A stretch of DNA of 57,534 nt from a virus, in IMG/VR virus record IMGVR_UViG_3300045988_071636, positions 1-57,534 of that record. One strand, given 5' to 3'. Shown one piece after another: positions 57,519-57,534 of this stretch (the stretch's first letter is position 1; every line of letters begins with the position of its first letter). The notes below the pieces were generated by a model. The model saw nothing but the letters and a program-made list of their open reading frames with translations, had not been told where the DNA came from and searched no databases. The position numbers and the translations under genes were made by a program.

Positions 57519-57534
57519 GGAGGCGTACATAATG
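57480..57534. repeat. Terminal overlap copy 2 (identical to 1-55)
   Basis: Exact 55-nt identity with the window start. Confidence 0.95.

Noticed and set aside
1-57534. Diversity-generating retroelement, CRISPR array, toxin-antitoxin pair or DNA methyltransferase
   Set aside because: I looked for reverse-transcriptase YxDD motifs, repeat-spacer arrays, template/variable repeat pairs near the tail fibres, and methyltransferase motifs. I found none by eye.

Overview
The window appears to be one complete, circularly closed temperate phage genome of about 57.48 kb. Nucleotides 1-55 are identical to 57480-57534. It is siphovirus-type, with a long tape measure gene and a chaperone pair linked by a -1 frameshift. 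GGAGG-type ribosome binding sites, an XkdX-like gene, an SLH-like endolysin tail and TM2/XRE lysogeny genes suggest a Gram-positive, Clostridia-like host; this is inference. Modules around the circle:
- terS at 44.1 kb.
- A 5.3-kb accessory insert: Lar-like gene, GC-rich reverse-strand cassette, small serine recombinase, GIY-YIG nuclease and DUF551 genes.
- terL at 49.97 kb.
- A 1.9-kb tRNA and noncoding island.
- Portal, HExxH protein, Mu-F/gp7-like minor head protein, scaffold, decoration protein, then the major capsid gene at nt 53.
- Head-tail joining genes, interrupted by an HNH-type endonuclease.
- Major tail protein and the frameshifted chaperone pair.
- A 2.4-kb moron island, then the tape measure and baseplate genes.
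- A radical SAM/SPASM enzyme coupled to a Cys-rich FN3 protein.
- Two tail fibres (Ala-rich coiled-coil and collagen-like).
- Lysis genes: XkdX-like protein, two-domain endolysin, holin.
- A cluster of low-complexity, Cys-rich cargo genes.
- Candidate attP, tyrosine integrase and a CI/Cro-type switch.
- Recombination and replication genes: Sak4-like ATPase, DUF669, ERCC4 nuclease, CHC2 primase finger, DUF927 helicase, iteron origin.
- Many small early genes.

The most interesting observations are:
1. A radical SAM/SPASM maturase is translationally coupled to a SCIFF-like 16-cysteine module fused to a tail-module structural protein.
2. A GTGCC(A/G)AGTGCC box pair recurs in front of four late genes. 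It overlaps hairpins that act as terminators or sequester the Shine-Dalgarno sequence, and a Com-like zinc-ribbon gene sits next to one site.
3. About 560 nt of ORF-free, hairpin-dense sequence abuts a tRNA-Met. It is a candidate large ornate ncRNA of the ROOL/GOLLD type.

All family assignments come from motif recognition by eye. No searches were run.
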